Of a stretch of 64,000 nucleotides of DNA, positions 9,588-18,317 are shown in pieces (positions within the stretch are counted from its first letter, which is position 1; the number at the start of each line of letters is the position of its first letter). The notes beneath the pieces were generated by a model that had not been told where the DNA came from, did no database searches, and saw only the letters and a list, made by a program, of their open reading frames with translations. The position numbers and the translations under genes were made by a program. Source of the stretch: an uncultured Solirubrobacterales bacterium (lineage in GTDB: Bacteria > Actinomycetota > Thermoleophilia > Solirubrobacterales > 70-9); the NCBI GenBank assembly GCA_963697915.1, contig OY969103.1, positions 727,839-791,838 on the forward strand, written 5' to 3'.

Positions 9588-10487
9588 ATGGACAGTCCGA
9601 TCCTGACCACCGTGGTGATGCCTGCGGCGATCGGCGTGATCATGTGCAGCCTCGGCATGACGCTGACGGCGGCCGACTTCCGGCGCGTCTTCACGTCACC
9701 CCGGGGGGTCGCGATCGGGATGCTCAACCTGGCCCTGATCTCGCCGCTGCTGGCGCTGACGATGGCCGAGCTCTTCGGCCTGCCGCCCGAGCTGGCGGTC
9801 GGCCTGGTCCTGCTCGGGGCCTCCCCCGGCGGGATGATGGCCAACATGCTGACCCACCTCTCGCGTGGGGACACGGCGCTCTCGGTCACGATGACCGCGA
9901 TCAGCAGCGTCGGCGCGATCGTCACCGTGCCGCTATTCCTCGCCCTCGCCTCCAACCACTTCGGCGCCGAGGACGTCGGCGACGCGAGCATGCTCGGCGT
10001 CGTCGCCCGCGTCTTCGCGATCACGGTCGTCCCGGTGGGGATCGGGATGACGCTGCGGCAGCGCTATCCGGAGCGGATCGAGGCGATCTACCCACGCTTC
10101 CGCGACGTCTCCCTCACCCTCTTCGCGCTCGTCATCCTCGGCGCGATCGCCAGCGAGCACGACACCGTCGCCGAGAACGCGACCCGGGTCGGGGGCGCCG
10201 CGCTCGCCCTCAACGTCACCGCGATGGCGATCAGCTTCGGCATCTCCAAGCTGGCCCGGCTCGACGACCGCCAGGCGACCGCGATCTCGCTCGAGCTCGG
10301 CATCCACAACGCGGCGCTGGCGATCGCGGTCGGCGCCACCCTGGCCGACGACCTGACGATCCCCGCTGCCGTCTACGCCTCCTTCATGCTCTTCACCGGC
10401 GGCGGCTTCGCCTGGGTGATGAGCAAGCGCAACGCCGCCCCGGCCGGGGTCACACCGACCCCGACCCCGGCGTTCGAGCCTGAGTAA
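9588..10487 (+). CDS. Bile acid:sodium symporter (BASS) family transporter
   Basis: The real start is MDSPILTTVVMPAAIGVIM (ATG 9588); the track ORF from 9381 is over-extended. Motifs GLVLLGASPGGMMANMLTHLSRGD and LELGIHNAALAI are typical of the BASS/SBF family. Confidence 0.82.
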   Translation: MDSPILTTVVMPAAIGVIMCSLGMTLTAADFRRVFTSPRGVAIGMLNLALISPLLALTMAELFGLPPELAVGLVLLGASPGGMMANMLTHLSRGDTALSVTMTAISSVGAIVTVPLFLALASNHFGAEDVGDASMLGVVARVFAITVVPVGIGMTLRQRYPERIEAIYPRFRDVSLTLFALVILGAIASEHDTVAENATRVGGAALALNVTAMAISFGISKLARLDDRQATAISLELGIHNAALAIAVGATLADDLTIPAAVYASFMLFTGGGFAWVMSKRNAAPAGVTPTPTPAFEPE

Positions 10488-10535
10488 TCGCCGAGGGACT
10501 ATCCTCACCCGCGGGAACGGGCAAACACGGGGAGG

Positions 10536-12035
10536 ATGTGGATGAACCTGGCATCGATCGTCACCGAGAGCGCCGAGCGCACGCCGGACGGCCCGGCGAT
10601 CAGGCTCGGTGAGCTGGAGCTCAGCTACGCCGCCCTCGACGACCGCAGCGCCCGCCTCGCCACCTTGCTGCGCGACAAGGGGCTCGCGCCCGGCGACCGC
10701 GTCGGCGTGATGCTCCCCAACGTGCCCGACTTCCCGGTCGCCTATTACGGCGTGCTGCGCGCCGGCGGCGTCGTCGTGCCGATGAACGTGCTGCTCAAGC
10801 GGCGCGAGATCGCCTTCTACCTCGAGGACTCGGGCGCCAGGCTGCTGCTCGCCTGGCACGGCTTCGCCGAGGAGGCGCAAGCGGGCGCCGCCGAGGCCGG
10901 CGCCGAGCTGATCGAGGTCGAGCCCGCCGCCTTCGCCGCCACCCTGGGCGCGCTCGAGCCCACCCCAGGCCTGACCGAGACGGCAGAGGACGACACCGCG
11001 GTGATCCTCTACACCTCGGGCACGACCGGCAAACCGAAGGGCGCCGAGCTGACCCACGCCAACCTCGCCCGCAACGCCGAGGTCTCCTCGCGGACCACCT
11101 GCGAGGTCGCCGCCGGCGACGTCGTCCTCGGCGCCCTGCCGCTCTTCCACTCCTTCGGCCAGACGGTCGGCATGAACGCCTCGCTGCGGGTCGGCGCCTG
11201 CCTCACCCTGGTCCCCAAATTCGACCCCGGTGAGGCGCTGGCGACGATGCAGCGCGACCGCGTCACCCACTTCTACGGCGTGCCGACGATGTTCGGCGCC
11301 CTCCTCCACCACCCCGGGCGCGAAGAGTTCGACATCTCCTCGCTGCGCAACTGCGTCACCGGCGGCGCCTCGATGCCGGTCGAGGTTCTGCACGGCTTCG
11401 AGGAGGCCTTCGGGGCGATCGTGCTCGAGGGGTACGGCCTCTCGGAGACCTCGCCGGTCGCCTGCTCCAACCATCCCGACAAGGAGCGCAAGGCGGGCTC
11501 GATCGGCACCCCGATCGACGGCGTCGAGATGCAGGTCGTCGACGATGACGACAACCCGGTCGCCCAGGGGGAGGTCGGCGAGATCGTGATCCGCGGCCAC
11601 AACATCATGAAGGGCTACTGGCAGCGCCCCGAGGCGACCGAGGAGGCGATGCGCGGCGGCTGGTTCCACAGCGGCGACATGGCGCGCACCGACGAGGACG
11701 GCTACTTCTTCATCGTCGACCGCAAGAAGGACCTGATCATCCGCGGCGGCTACAACGTCTACCCACGCGAGGTCGAGGAGATCCTCTACGAGCACCCGAA
11801 GATCCGCGAAGCGGCCGTCGTCGGCGTCCCCCACGACGAGTGGGGCGAGGAGATCGGCGCCGCCGTCGTGCTGATGGACGGCGAGCAGCTGGGCGCCGAG
11901 GAGGTCAGCGCCTACGTCAAGGACCGCATCGCCGCCTACAAGTACCCCCGCGTCGTCTGGTTCCTCGACGACCTCCCCAAGGGCCCGACCGGCAAGATCC
12001 TCAAGCGGGAGATCGAGACTCCCGCCACCGTCTAG
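10536..12035 (+). CDS. Long-chain acyl-CoA synthetase (AMP-forming)
   Basis: 499 aa with the AMP-binding signature YTSGTTGKPKGAELTH plus GYGLSETSP, TGDMARTDEDGYFFIVDRKKD and GKILKRE. Confidence 0.9.
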   Translation: MWMNLASIVTESAERTPDGPAIRLGELELSYAALDDRSARLATLLRDKGLAPGDRVGVMLPNVPDFPVAYYGVLRAGGVVVPMNVLLKRREIAFYLEDSGARLLLAWHGFAEEAQAGAAEAGAELIEVEPAAFAATLGALEPTPGLTETAEDDTAVILYTSGTTGKPKGAELTHANLARNAEVSSRTTCEVAAGDVVLGALPLFHSFGQTVGMNASLRVGACLTLVPKFDPGEALATMQRDRVTHFYGVPTMFGALLHHPGREEFDISSLRNCVTGGASMPVEVLHGFEEAFGAIVLEGYGLSETSPVACSNHPDKERKAGSIGTPIDGVEMQVVDDDDNPVAQGEVGEIVIRGHNIMKGYWQRPEATEEAMRGGWFHSGDMARTDEDGYFFIVDRKKDLIIRGGYNVYPREVEEILYEHPKIREAAVVGVPHDEWGEEIGAAVVLMDGEQLGAEEVSAYVKDRIAAYKYPRVVWFLDDLPKGPTGKILKREIETPATV

Positions 12036-12267
12036 GGGACCACCGCCTGGTGTCCGGTAGCCTCAGCTGTACCCAGAGGAGACAACTGGCGGTATAGTCA
12101 CTGGCGCCGAAGACGCAGTGGCAGAGGAAAGCGGCCGGGCCCCTTGAGTCAAGCACCGCAATGTGCGGTCTATCTCTCACGAGGGCGGAACTGCAAGGTG
12201 CGGTCCTCCCGGCTGCAGTGGCAGGTTAGCGCAAGTTTCTGGGTTTGACTACCTGGGGGAGGTAACG

Positions 12268-13086
12268 TTGTACTCGCTTTACCTAGATGGATCGGGCACC
12301 CACGGTGGTAGTCCTGTCTTCATCCTCGCTGGGGTCGCCGTTCACGAGCAGGACGCCTACCACCTGCAGCAACGATTCGAAGCGCCGCTGGGAGACCTAC
12401 CGGACGGATCTGATCCCCGGGACTTCGAGCTTCATGCTGCCGAGATCAAGAGCCCCACGCGCGTCACCGATAGCTACTGGCAGCACGTCGATTGGCCAAC
12501 CCGGCGGAAGGTCCTCCAGGGTGGCTATCGCGCCCTTCGAAGCTACACCTGTATGGACCCCGCGTACCCATGTTCGTTCTTTGGGGCCGTAGTTGAGCGG
12601 TCCTACAAAGACTATGAGGAGCGAGCATGGGAGGAGGTCCTTCACAAGTTCGACGAGATGTTGGAGGGCCAGGCGAAGAGCACCGGGCAACACCAGCGAG
12701 GCATTGTCATCCACGATCGGAGCAGCACCGAGAGACAGGTTCAGAACTGGGCCGACAAATGGCGTCAGCTCTCAGGTCGCATCGGAACCTTGACCCACAT
12801 GACCGATGTGCCGTTTTTCTCCGATTCGCGGGCGAGCAGGCTCCTGCAAGCCGCGGACTTCGTGGCCTGGGCGCTCTGGCGTTACTACGGCCTCCGCAAG
12901 CGAGACGAACAATGGATCAGATCCCTCTGGGATCACTTCAAGGGACCCGACGGGAAGATGCATGGCCTGATCCATGTGAGCCGTGGGTACAAGAGCGGTC
13001 AATGCGAATGCCAGCCGTGCAGAAGCAGACTGAACCCCGGGAGCCAAGCCTTGCCGACACAGGCGATCTCCTCCTCGTCGGCCTAA
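12268..13086 (+). CDS. DUF3800 family protein (function unknown) in a lower-GC island
   Basis: Likely TTG start at 12268, preceded by GGGGGAGG. N-terminus YSLYLDGSG and C-terminal SRLLQAADFVAWAL match the two conserved DUF3800 blocks as I recall them. Cys cluster CECQPC at the C-terminus. Codon usage is visibly less GC3-biased than in neighbours. Confidence 0.6.
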   Translation: MYSLYLDGSGTHGGSPVFILAGVAVHEQDAYHLQQRFEAPLGDLPDGSDPRDFELHAAEIKSPTRVTDSYWQHVDWPTRRKVLQGGYRALRSYTCMDPAYPCSFFGAVVERSYKDYEERAWEEVLHKFDEMLEGQAKSTGQHQRGIVIHDRSSTERQVQNWADKWRQLSGRIGTLTHMTDVPFFSDSRASRLLQAADFVAWALWRYYGLRKRDEQWIRSLWDHFKGPDGKMHGLIHVSRGYKSGQCECQPCRSRLNPGSQALPTQAISSSSA

Positions 13087-13217
13087 GAGCCAGTCCTGGC
13101 TGTGATTGGTGATCAGTATGTGAACCACGTCACCCGGCGAAAACTGGCTGCCTGGCCAGCAGGGCGATAGGCTCTGCCTGCGCAGCCGCTGCCGAAGCCC
13201 GCGCCCGACCGAAGGAG

Positions 13218-14513
13218 ATGTGGATGAGCGTCGCATCGCAGAGCCTGATGGACAACGTCACCTACGAGGACCTCTACCAGCGCTGGGAGCACGGCAACTG
13301 GAGCGCCTACGACCTCGACTTCTCCAAGGACCGCGCCGGCTGGGATGCGCTGAGCGACCTCCAGCGCCGCTCGGCGATGTGGATCTACTCGATGTTCTAC
13401 TACGGCGAGGACCGGGTGGCCGACACCCTCGCCCCCTATGTCACCGCCGCCCCGACCGAGGAGCAGTCCTACTTCCTCGCCACCCAGCAGGTCGACGAGG
13501 TCCGCCACTCGATCTTCTTCCACCGCTTCTTCAAGGAGGTGATCGGGGTCGGCGGCGAGACCATCGAGGCGACCCTCTCGTCCACCTTGCCGCAGCTCAA
13601 CTGGGGTTACCGCGGCATCTTCGACCGGCTCGACCTGATGGCCGAGGAACTGCGCAAGGACCGCTCGCTGCCCAAGTACGCGCAGGCGATCACCCTCTAC
13701 CACCTGATCGTCGAGGGCAGCCTCGCCCAGCCCGGTCAGCACTTCATCGAGGACTTCTTCGCCTCCGAGGAGACGATGCCCGGCTTCAGCGCCGGCATGG
13801 CCAACGTCTCCCGCGACGAGCAGCGCCACATCGGCTTCGGCGTCAAGGTCCTCTCCGAGCTGCTCGCCGAGGGCCGCCCCGGCTGTGAGGAGAACCGGGC
13901 CGCGGTGACCGAGCTGCTGCGCGAAGTCCTGCCCTACGGCCCGGCCGTCTTCACGCCGCCCAACCTCGACCGCCAGTACACCGAGTGCTACGGCTTCACG
14001 CTCGAGGACATCTTCGCCTTCGGCCTCAAGCTGATCCGCCAGCGCTGGCGGACGATCGGCTACCCGATCGAGGAGATGCCGCCCGGCGTCTTCCCCTTCG
14101 ACTCCGAGGCGCCGGAGGAGGAGGTCGCCGCACGCCAGGTGAAGCTGATGATGGCCGGGGTGATCGGCGCCCCGGGCGGCGCCGCGCCCGACGCCTCGCC
14201 CGAGGTGCAGCGGCTCTACTTCGACCTGGTCACCCGCGTGGTCAACCCGAAGGCGGCCAACGGCTCGCGGCTCGTCTACCAGTGGCGCTTCAGCGACGCC
14301 GACCCCTGGCACCTGACGATCGACAACGGCTCGACCCGGGCCGAGCCCGGCGAAGCGCCGAACCCCGACGTCGTGCTCGAGACCAGCTGGGGCGACTGGG
14401 TCGCCTTCGGCAAGCCCGACGCGAAGCCGCTGAGCATGATGCTGCGCGGCCGCATCCGCCCGCGCGGCAGCCTGCGTGAGCTGGCCCGGATGCGCAAGGT
14501 CTTCCCGAGCTGA
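13218..14513 (+). CDS. R2-like ligand-binding oxidase (ferritin-like di-metal carboxylate protein) fused to a C-terminal SCP2 lipid-binding domain
   Basis: Metal ligands occur in the order E64, E94xxH97, E166, E201xxH204 (GEDRV, VDEVRH, IVEG, RDEQRH). The C-terminal about 100 aa (WRFSDADPWHLTIDNG...MMLRGRIRPRGSLRELARMRKVF) looks like SCP2. Confidence 0.75.
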   Translation: MWMSVASQSLMDNVTYEDLYQRWEHGNWSAYDLDFSKDRAGWDALSDLQRRSAMWIYSMFYYGEDRVADTLAPYVTAAPTEEQSYFLATQQVDEVRHSIFFHRFFKEVIGVGGETIEATLSSTLPQLNWGYRGIFDRLDLMAEELRKDRSLPKYAQAITLYHLIVEGSLAQPGQHFIEDFFASEETMPGFSAGMANVSRDEQRHIGFGVKVLSELLAEGRPGCEENRAAVTELLREVLPYGPAVFTPPNLDRQYTECYGFTLEDIFAFGLKLIRQRWRTIGYPIEEMPPGVFPFDSEAPEEEVAARQVKLMMAGVIGAPGGAAPDASPEVQRLYFDLVTRVVNPKAANGSRLVYQWRFSDADPWHLTIDNGSTRAEPGEAPNPDVVLETSWGDWVAFGKPDAKPLSMMLRGRIRPRGSLRELARMRKVFPS

Positions 14514-14516
14514 CGG

Positions 14517-15929
14517 TCAGTCGGAAACTGGGGGCCGGAGGTCGGCCCATGGCCGCTCGGCCTCGAGCTGGGCGGCAAGCGAGATCAGCGTCTCCTCCGC
14601 ACCGGGCCGGCCGATGACCTGGACGGCGAGCGGCATGCCGTCGGCGGCGAGGCCGACCGGCACCGACATCGCCGGGTTGCCGAGGTGGTTCCAGGGCACG
14701 CAGTAGGGATAGAAGCGGCCCATCCCGAGCACGGTCCAGAGCGCGCCTTTGCCCTCCCAGCGCCGCACCGGCAGCGCCGTGTCGGCCATCACCGGCGTGA
14801 CCAGCACGTCGTGATCGTCGAAGATCGCGTTGACGCGGGCGCGGTCGGCGTCCCGCCCGCTGGTCTTGGCGCGCTCGTGGAGAGCGGCGGGGACGACGAG
14901 GCCGAGCCGGCCGAAGCCGCGGGTGCGGCTTTCGAGCCGCTCGGGGTGCGGCACCGCTTTGACCGTCTCGGCGACCCCGCCGAGGAAGCGCAGCGTGATG
15001 TTGTCGCCGATCCCGCCCCAGTCGGGGTCCTTCTGGACAACCTCGTGGCCGAGCGAGCGCAGCAGCTCGGTGGCGTCGGTGACCGCCCCCTTGGCGGTGT
15101 CGGTGACGGTCGGCGGCACTACGGCGCGCGGCGCCGCCGTCGACCAAGCGACCCGCAGCTTGCCGGGTGAAGTCCGTGCCGCCTCGACGAAGGGGCGCGC
15201 CGGAGGCGGCGGCGCCTCGGGCTCGCGCGAGCCGCCGGAGACGATGTCGAGCCAGAGCGCCGTGTCGAGCACGGCGCGGCTCAGGCAGCCCATCACGCCG
15301 AGCCCGTTCCAGCCTTCGACGTCGGGCGCCAGCGAGACGCGGCCGCGCGACGGTTTGAGGCCGAAGAGGCCGCAGGAGGCGGCCGGGAGGCGGATCGAGC
15401 CGCCGCCGTCGCCGGCCGAGGCGACGGGAACCAGGCCGGCGGCGACCGCAGCGGCGGAGCCGCCGCTGGAGCCGCCGGGACTGCGCTGTGGGTTCCAGGG
15501 GTTGCGGGTGACGCCGTAGGTCGCCGACTCGGTGAAGCCGCAGATCCCCAGCTCCGGCAGCAGGGTCAGCCCGACGATGATCGCGCCCGCCTCGCGCAGG
15601 CGGCGCACCATCTCGGAATCCGCCTTGGCAGGCTGGCTGAAGGCGTCGGTGCCGTAGGTCTTGACCTCGCCGGCGACGTCGACTTCGTCCTTGATCGCGA
15701 TCGGCACGCCGAGCAGCGGCCGCTCGTCGCCCGCCCCCAACCGCGCCTCGGCCTGCTCGGCTTCGAGCAGCGCCCGCTCGGCGAAGAGCTTGCGGAAGGC
15801 GTTCAGCTGCGGGTCGAAGCGGGCGATCCGGTCGAGGCTGAGCTGCACCAGCTCCTTCGGCGAGATCTCCCCCGCCCGCACCATCTCCGCCTGCCTCGCC
15901 GCCCCCGCGAACGCGATCTCCTCACTCAT
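14517..15929 (-). CDS. Amidase (amidase-signature family)
   Basis: 470 aa. GGSSGGSAAAVAAG...GDGGGSIRLPAA is the AS-family signature, and KD in PIAIKDEVDVAG supplies the catalytic Lys. Confidence 0.88.
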   Translation of the reverse strand: MSEEIAFAGAARQAEMVRAGEISPKELVQLSLDRIARFDPQLNAFRKLFAERALLEAEQAEARLGAGDERPLLGVPIAIKDEVDVAGEVKTYGTDAFSQPAKADSEMVRRLREAGAIIVGLTLLPELGICGFTESATYGVTRNPWNPQRSPGGSSGGSAAAVAAGLVPVASAGDGGGSIRLPAASCGLFGLKPSRGRVSLAPDVEGWNGLGVMGCLSRAVLDTALWLDIVSGGSREPEAPPPPARPFVEAARTSPGKLRVAWSTAAPRAVVPPTVTDTAKGAVTDATELLRSLGHEVVQKDPDWGGIGDNITLRFLGGVAETVKAVPHPERLESRTRGFGRLGLVVPAALHERAKTSGRDADRARVNAIFDDHDVLVTPVMADTALPVRRWEGKGALWTVLGMGRFYPYCVPWNHLGNPAMSVPVGLAADGMPLAVQVIGRPGAEETLISLAAQLEAERPWADLRPPVSD

Positions 15930-15953
15930 GAGCGGGAAGAGTATTAAGAACCC

Positions 15954-18185
15954 TTAGGCCTCGGCGGGCTCGGGCTCGACGGCCTTGCCGCCACCCTTGA
16001 CCGCCTTGCCGCCGCCCTCGAAGCTGAGCTGCGGCAGCGCCCGGTCGAGCCAGGAGGGCATCCACCAGTTCCAGCTGCCCATCAGCTTCATCGCCGCCGG
16101 CACCAGGATCAGCCGCACCAGGGTCGCGTCGAGGGCGATCGCGACGGCGGCGCCGAGGCCGAGCTCCTTGATCGAGGGCACGCCGGTGAGGACGAAGACG
16201 GCGAAGACCGAGCTCATGATCAGCGCCGCCGAGGAGATCGTCCGGGCGCTCGAGGCGAGGCCCTCGGCGACCGCCCGCTCGTTGTCGCCGTGCTCGAGGT
16301 AGCGCTCGCGGATCCGCGACATCAGGAAGACCTCGTAGTCCATCGAGAGGCCGAAGACGATGGCGAAGATCAGCGGCACGTTGATCGTGTCGATCGCGCT
16401 CAGGCTTTCGAAGCCGAGGACGCTGTCGAGCCAGCCCCACTGGAAGATCGCGACGAGGATGCCGAAGGCGGCGCCGATCGAGAGCAGGTTCATCAGCACC
16501 GCCTTGAGCGGCAGCAGCAGCGAGCGCAGCATCACCATCAGGACGAGGAAGCTGAGCGCCAGGACGAAGCCGATGATCTTCCAGATCGAGCCGTTGATCT
16601 GGCCGCGGGCGTCGTCGGTGCGGGCGGTCTCGCCGCCGACGTCGACGGTCGCGGTCGCGGCCAGGGCGCTGGCCGGGACGAACTGGTCGCGCAGCCTCTC
16701 GACCACCGCGGTCGCCTCTGGAGTGTCGCTGGATGCGGCCGTGGTCGCCTCGACCAGGGCGCTGTCGCCGGCGTAGACGGGCCGGGCGACCGCGGCGATC
16801 CCGGGCTGGGCGCTGAGCTCGCGGGCGAAGCCGGAGACCGCGGCCTGGTCGACCCCGCCGGCGGAGGAGGCGACGATCTGCACCGGGTCGGCGCCGCCGC
16901 CGAGCTGCGCGGCGACGAGTTCGTTGCCGACCCGCACGTCGCTGTCCTTGGGGAACTGCTCGAGCGCCGTCGTCCCGGTCTCGATCGAGAGCAGCGGCGA
17001 GGCGAGGAAGAGGAGGACGGCGGCGGAGCCGGTGACGGCGAGCCAGGGGCGGGCCATCACGCGGCGGGCCCAGCGGTCCCAGAAACCGGGTCCCGGAGCG
17101 GCCACTGGAGCAGGCTTGCCCTTGAACGGCCGGCGCACCCGGCCCAGCACCTTGGCGACGATGCCGCCCGGCATCACCCGATCGCCGAGCATCGCGATCA
17201 GCGCCGGCAGCAGCGTCGTCGCGGTCAGGATCGAGACGGCGACGACCGTCATCGCGCCCAGCGCCATCGAGCGCAGGGCCTGGTTGTCGACCATCCAGAG
17301 CCCGGCCAGCGAGACGATCACGGCGAGGCCGGAGAAGGCGACGGCGAGCCCGGAGGTCGCCAGCGCCTCGGCCCGCGCCTCGTCGCAGCCCCGGCCCTTG
17401 CGGCGCTCCTCTCGGTAGCGGGCGAGGATGAAGAGCGAGTAGTCGACGGCGACGCCGATCCCGATCATCGAGGCCATGTTGGTGACGAAGACCGAGGTCG
17501 ACATCTGCAGCGAGAGGAAGTAGATCAGCGCCCCGGTGACGATCACGCTGACGAAGCCCAGAGTCAGCGGCAGCGCCGCGGCGGCGAGCGAGCCGAAGAC
17601 GACGAGCAGGATCAGGGCGACGATCGGGAAGCCGCTCACCTCGGCCTTGGTCAGGTCTTCCTTGGAGAGCTCCTGCATGCCCGCCCAGACCGTCGCCTGT
17701 CCGGCGAGGTAGGTGGTGACCCCGCCGACGCTGGCGCCGGGGTCGACCGCTTCGCGCAGTTCGACCGCCGGATCGACCAGCGCGTCCGGGGAGACACGGC
17801 TCTGCAGCGGCAGCAGGGCGCTGTCGCCGCGGCGCAGCTGCAGCTCGGCGCGGCGCGCGACCGGCGGCGGCAGGCTCAGGTCGGCGACGGCGGCGACGTC
17901 ACGGCGAACGGCGCGAATCGCGGCGGCGCGCTCGGCGGCGCCGGCCGAGGGCGTCGCCCGCAAGAGCACCGCGATCCCGTCGGAGCGGCCGGCGAACTCG
18001 CCGCCCATCGCATCGGCGACCGCCTTCGATTCGCTGCCGGGGACATCGAAGCCGCCGCCGGTCAGGTGTTCGGTCTGGCGCGCGGCGAGCGGCAACGCGG
18101 CGAGCACGACGAGGGCCCAGACCCCCACCACGACGCGGCGCCTGCGCGCCAGGAACCCCGCCAGCTTGACCATCGCGTCGTGCAT
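15954..18185 (-). CDS. MMPL-family (RND superfamily) membrane transporter
   Basis: 743 aa with two blocks of about 6 TM helices separated by soluble domains. GVAVDYSLFILARYREE and GLSMDYEVFLMSRIRE are the duplicated MMPL motifs. Confidence 0.88.
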   Translation of the reverse strand: MHDAMVKLAGFLARRRRVVVGVWALVVLAALPLAARQTEHLTGGGFDVPGSESKAVADAMGGEFAGRSDGIAVLLRATPSAGAAERAAAIRAVRRDVAAVADLSLPPPVARRAELQLRRGDSALLPLQSRVSPDALVDPAVELREAVDPGASVGGVTTYLAGQATVWAGMQELSKEDLTKAEVSGFPIVALILLVVFGSLAAAALPLTLGFVSVIVTGALIYFLSLQMSTSVFVTNMASMIGIGVAVDYSLFILARYREERRKGRGCDEARAEALATSGLAVAFSGLAVIVSLAGLWMVDNQALRSMALGAMTVVAVSILTATTLLPALIAMLGDRVMPGGIVAKVLGRVRRPFKGKPAPVAAPGPGFWDRWARRVMARPWLAVTGSAAVLLFLASPLLSIETGTTALEQFPKDSDVRVGNELVAAQLGGGADPVQIVASSAGGVDQAAVSGFARELSAQPGIAAVARPVYAGDSALVEATTAASSDTPEATAVVERLRDQFVPASALAATATVDVGGETARTDDARGQINGSIWKIIGFVLALSFLVLMVMLRSLLLPLKAVLMNLLSIGAAFGILVAIFQWGWLDSVLGFESLSAIDTINVPLIFAIVFGLSMDYEVFLMSRIRERYLEHGDNERAVAEGLASSARTISSAALIMSSVFAVFVLTGVPSIKELGLGAAVAIALDATLVRLILVPAAMKLMGSWNWWMPSWLDRALPQLSFEGGGKAVKGGGKAVEPEPAEA

Positions 18186-18225
18186 TGGCTGGTTGGCCAG
18201 CCTCCCCCGGTTGGGGGGCGCGAGT

Positions 18226-18266
18226 CTGTGAGGAGGGTCACTCCCCCACTGTGAGGAGGGTCACTC
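18226..18266. repeat. 18-nt perfect direct repeat (period 23 nt) in the tetR-mmpL spacer
   Basis: CTGTGAGGAGGGTCACTC occurs at 18226-18243 and again at 18249-18266. On the coding (minus) strand it reads GAGTGACCCTCCTCACAG, so it carries CCCTCC, complementary to the GGGAGG Shine-Dalgarno upstream of the MMPL start. Confidence 0.7.
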
Positions 18267-18282
18267 GGCGACGCGTCCGACT

Positions 18283-18306
18283 TTCACCACACCCAGGTGT
18301 GGTGAA
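18283..18306. promoter_or_regulatory. Candidate TetR operator palindrome
   Basis: TTCACCACAC-CCAG-GTGTGGTGAA: perfect 10-bp arms with a 4-nt spacer, located between the tetR stop (18318) and the MMPL start (18185). Confidence 0.45.
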
Positions 18307-18317
18307 TATCGGCTGCG

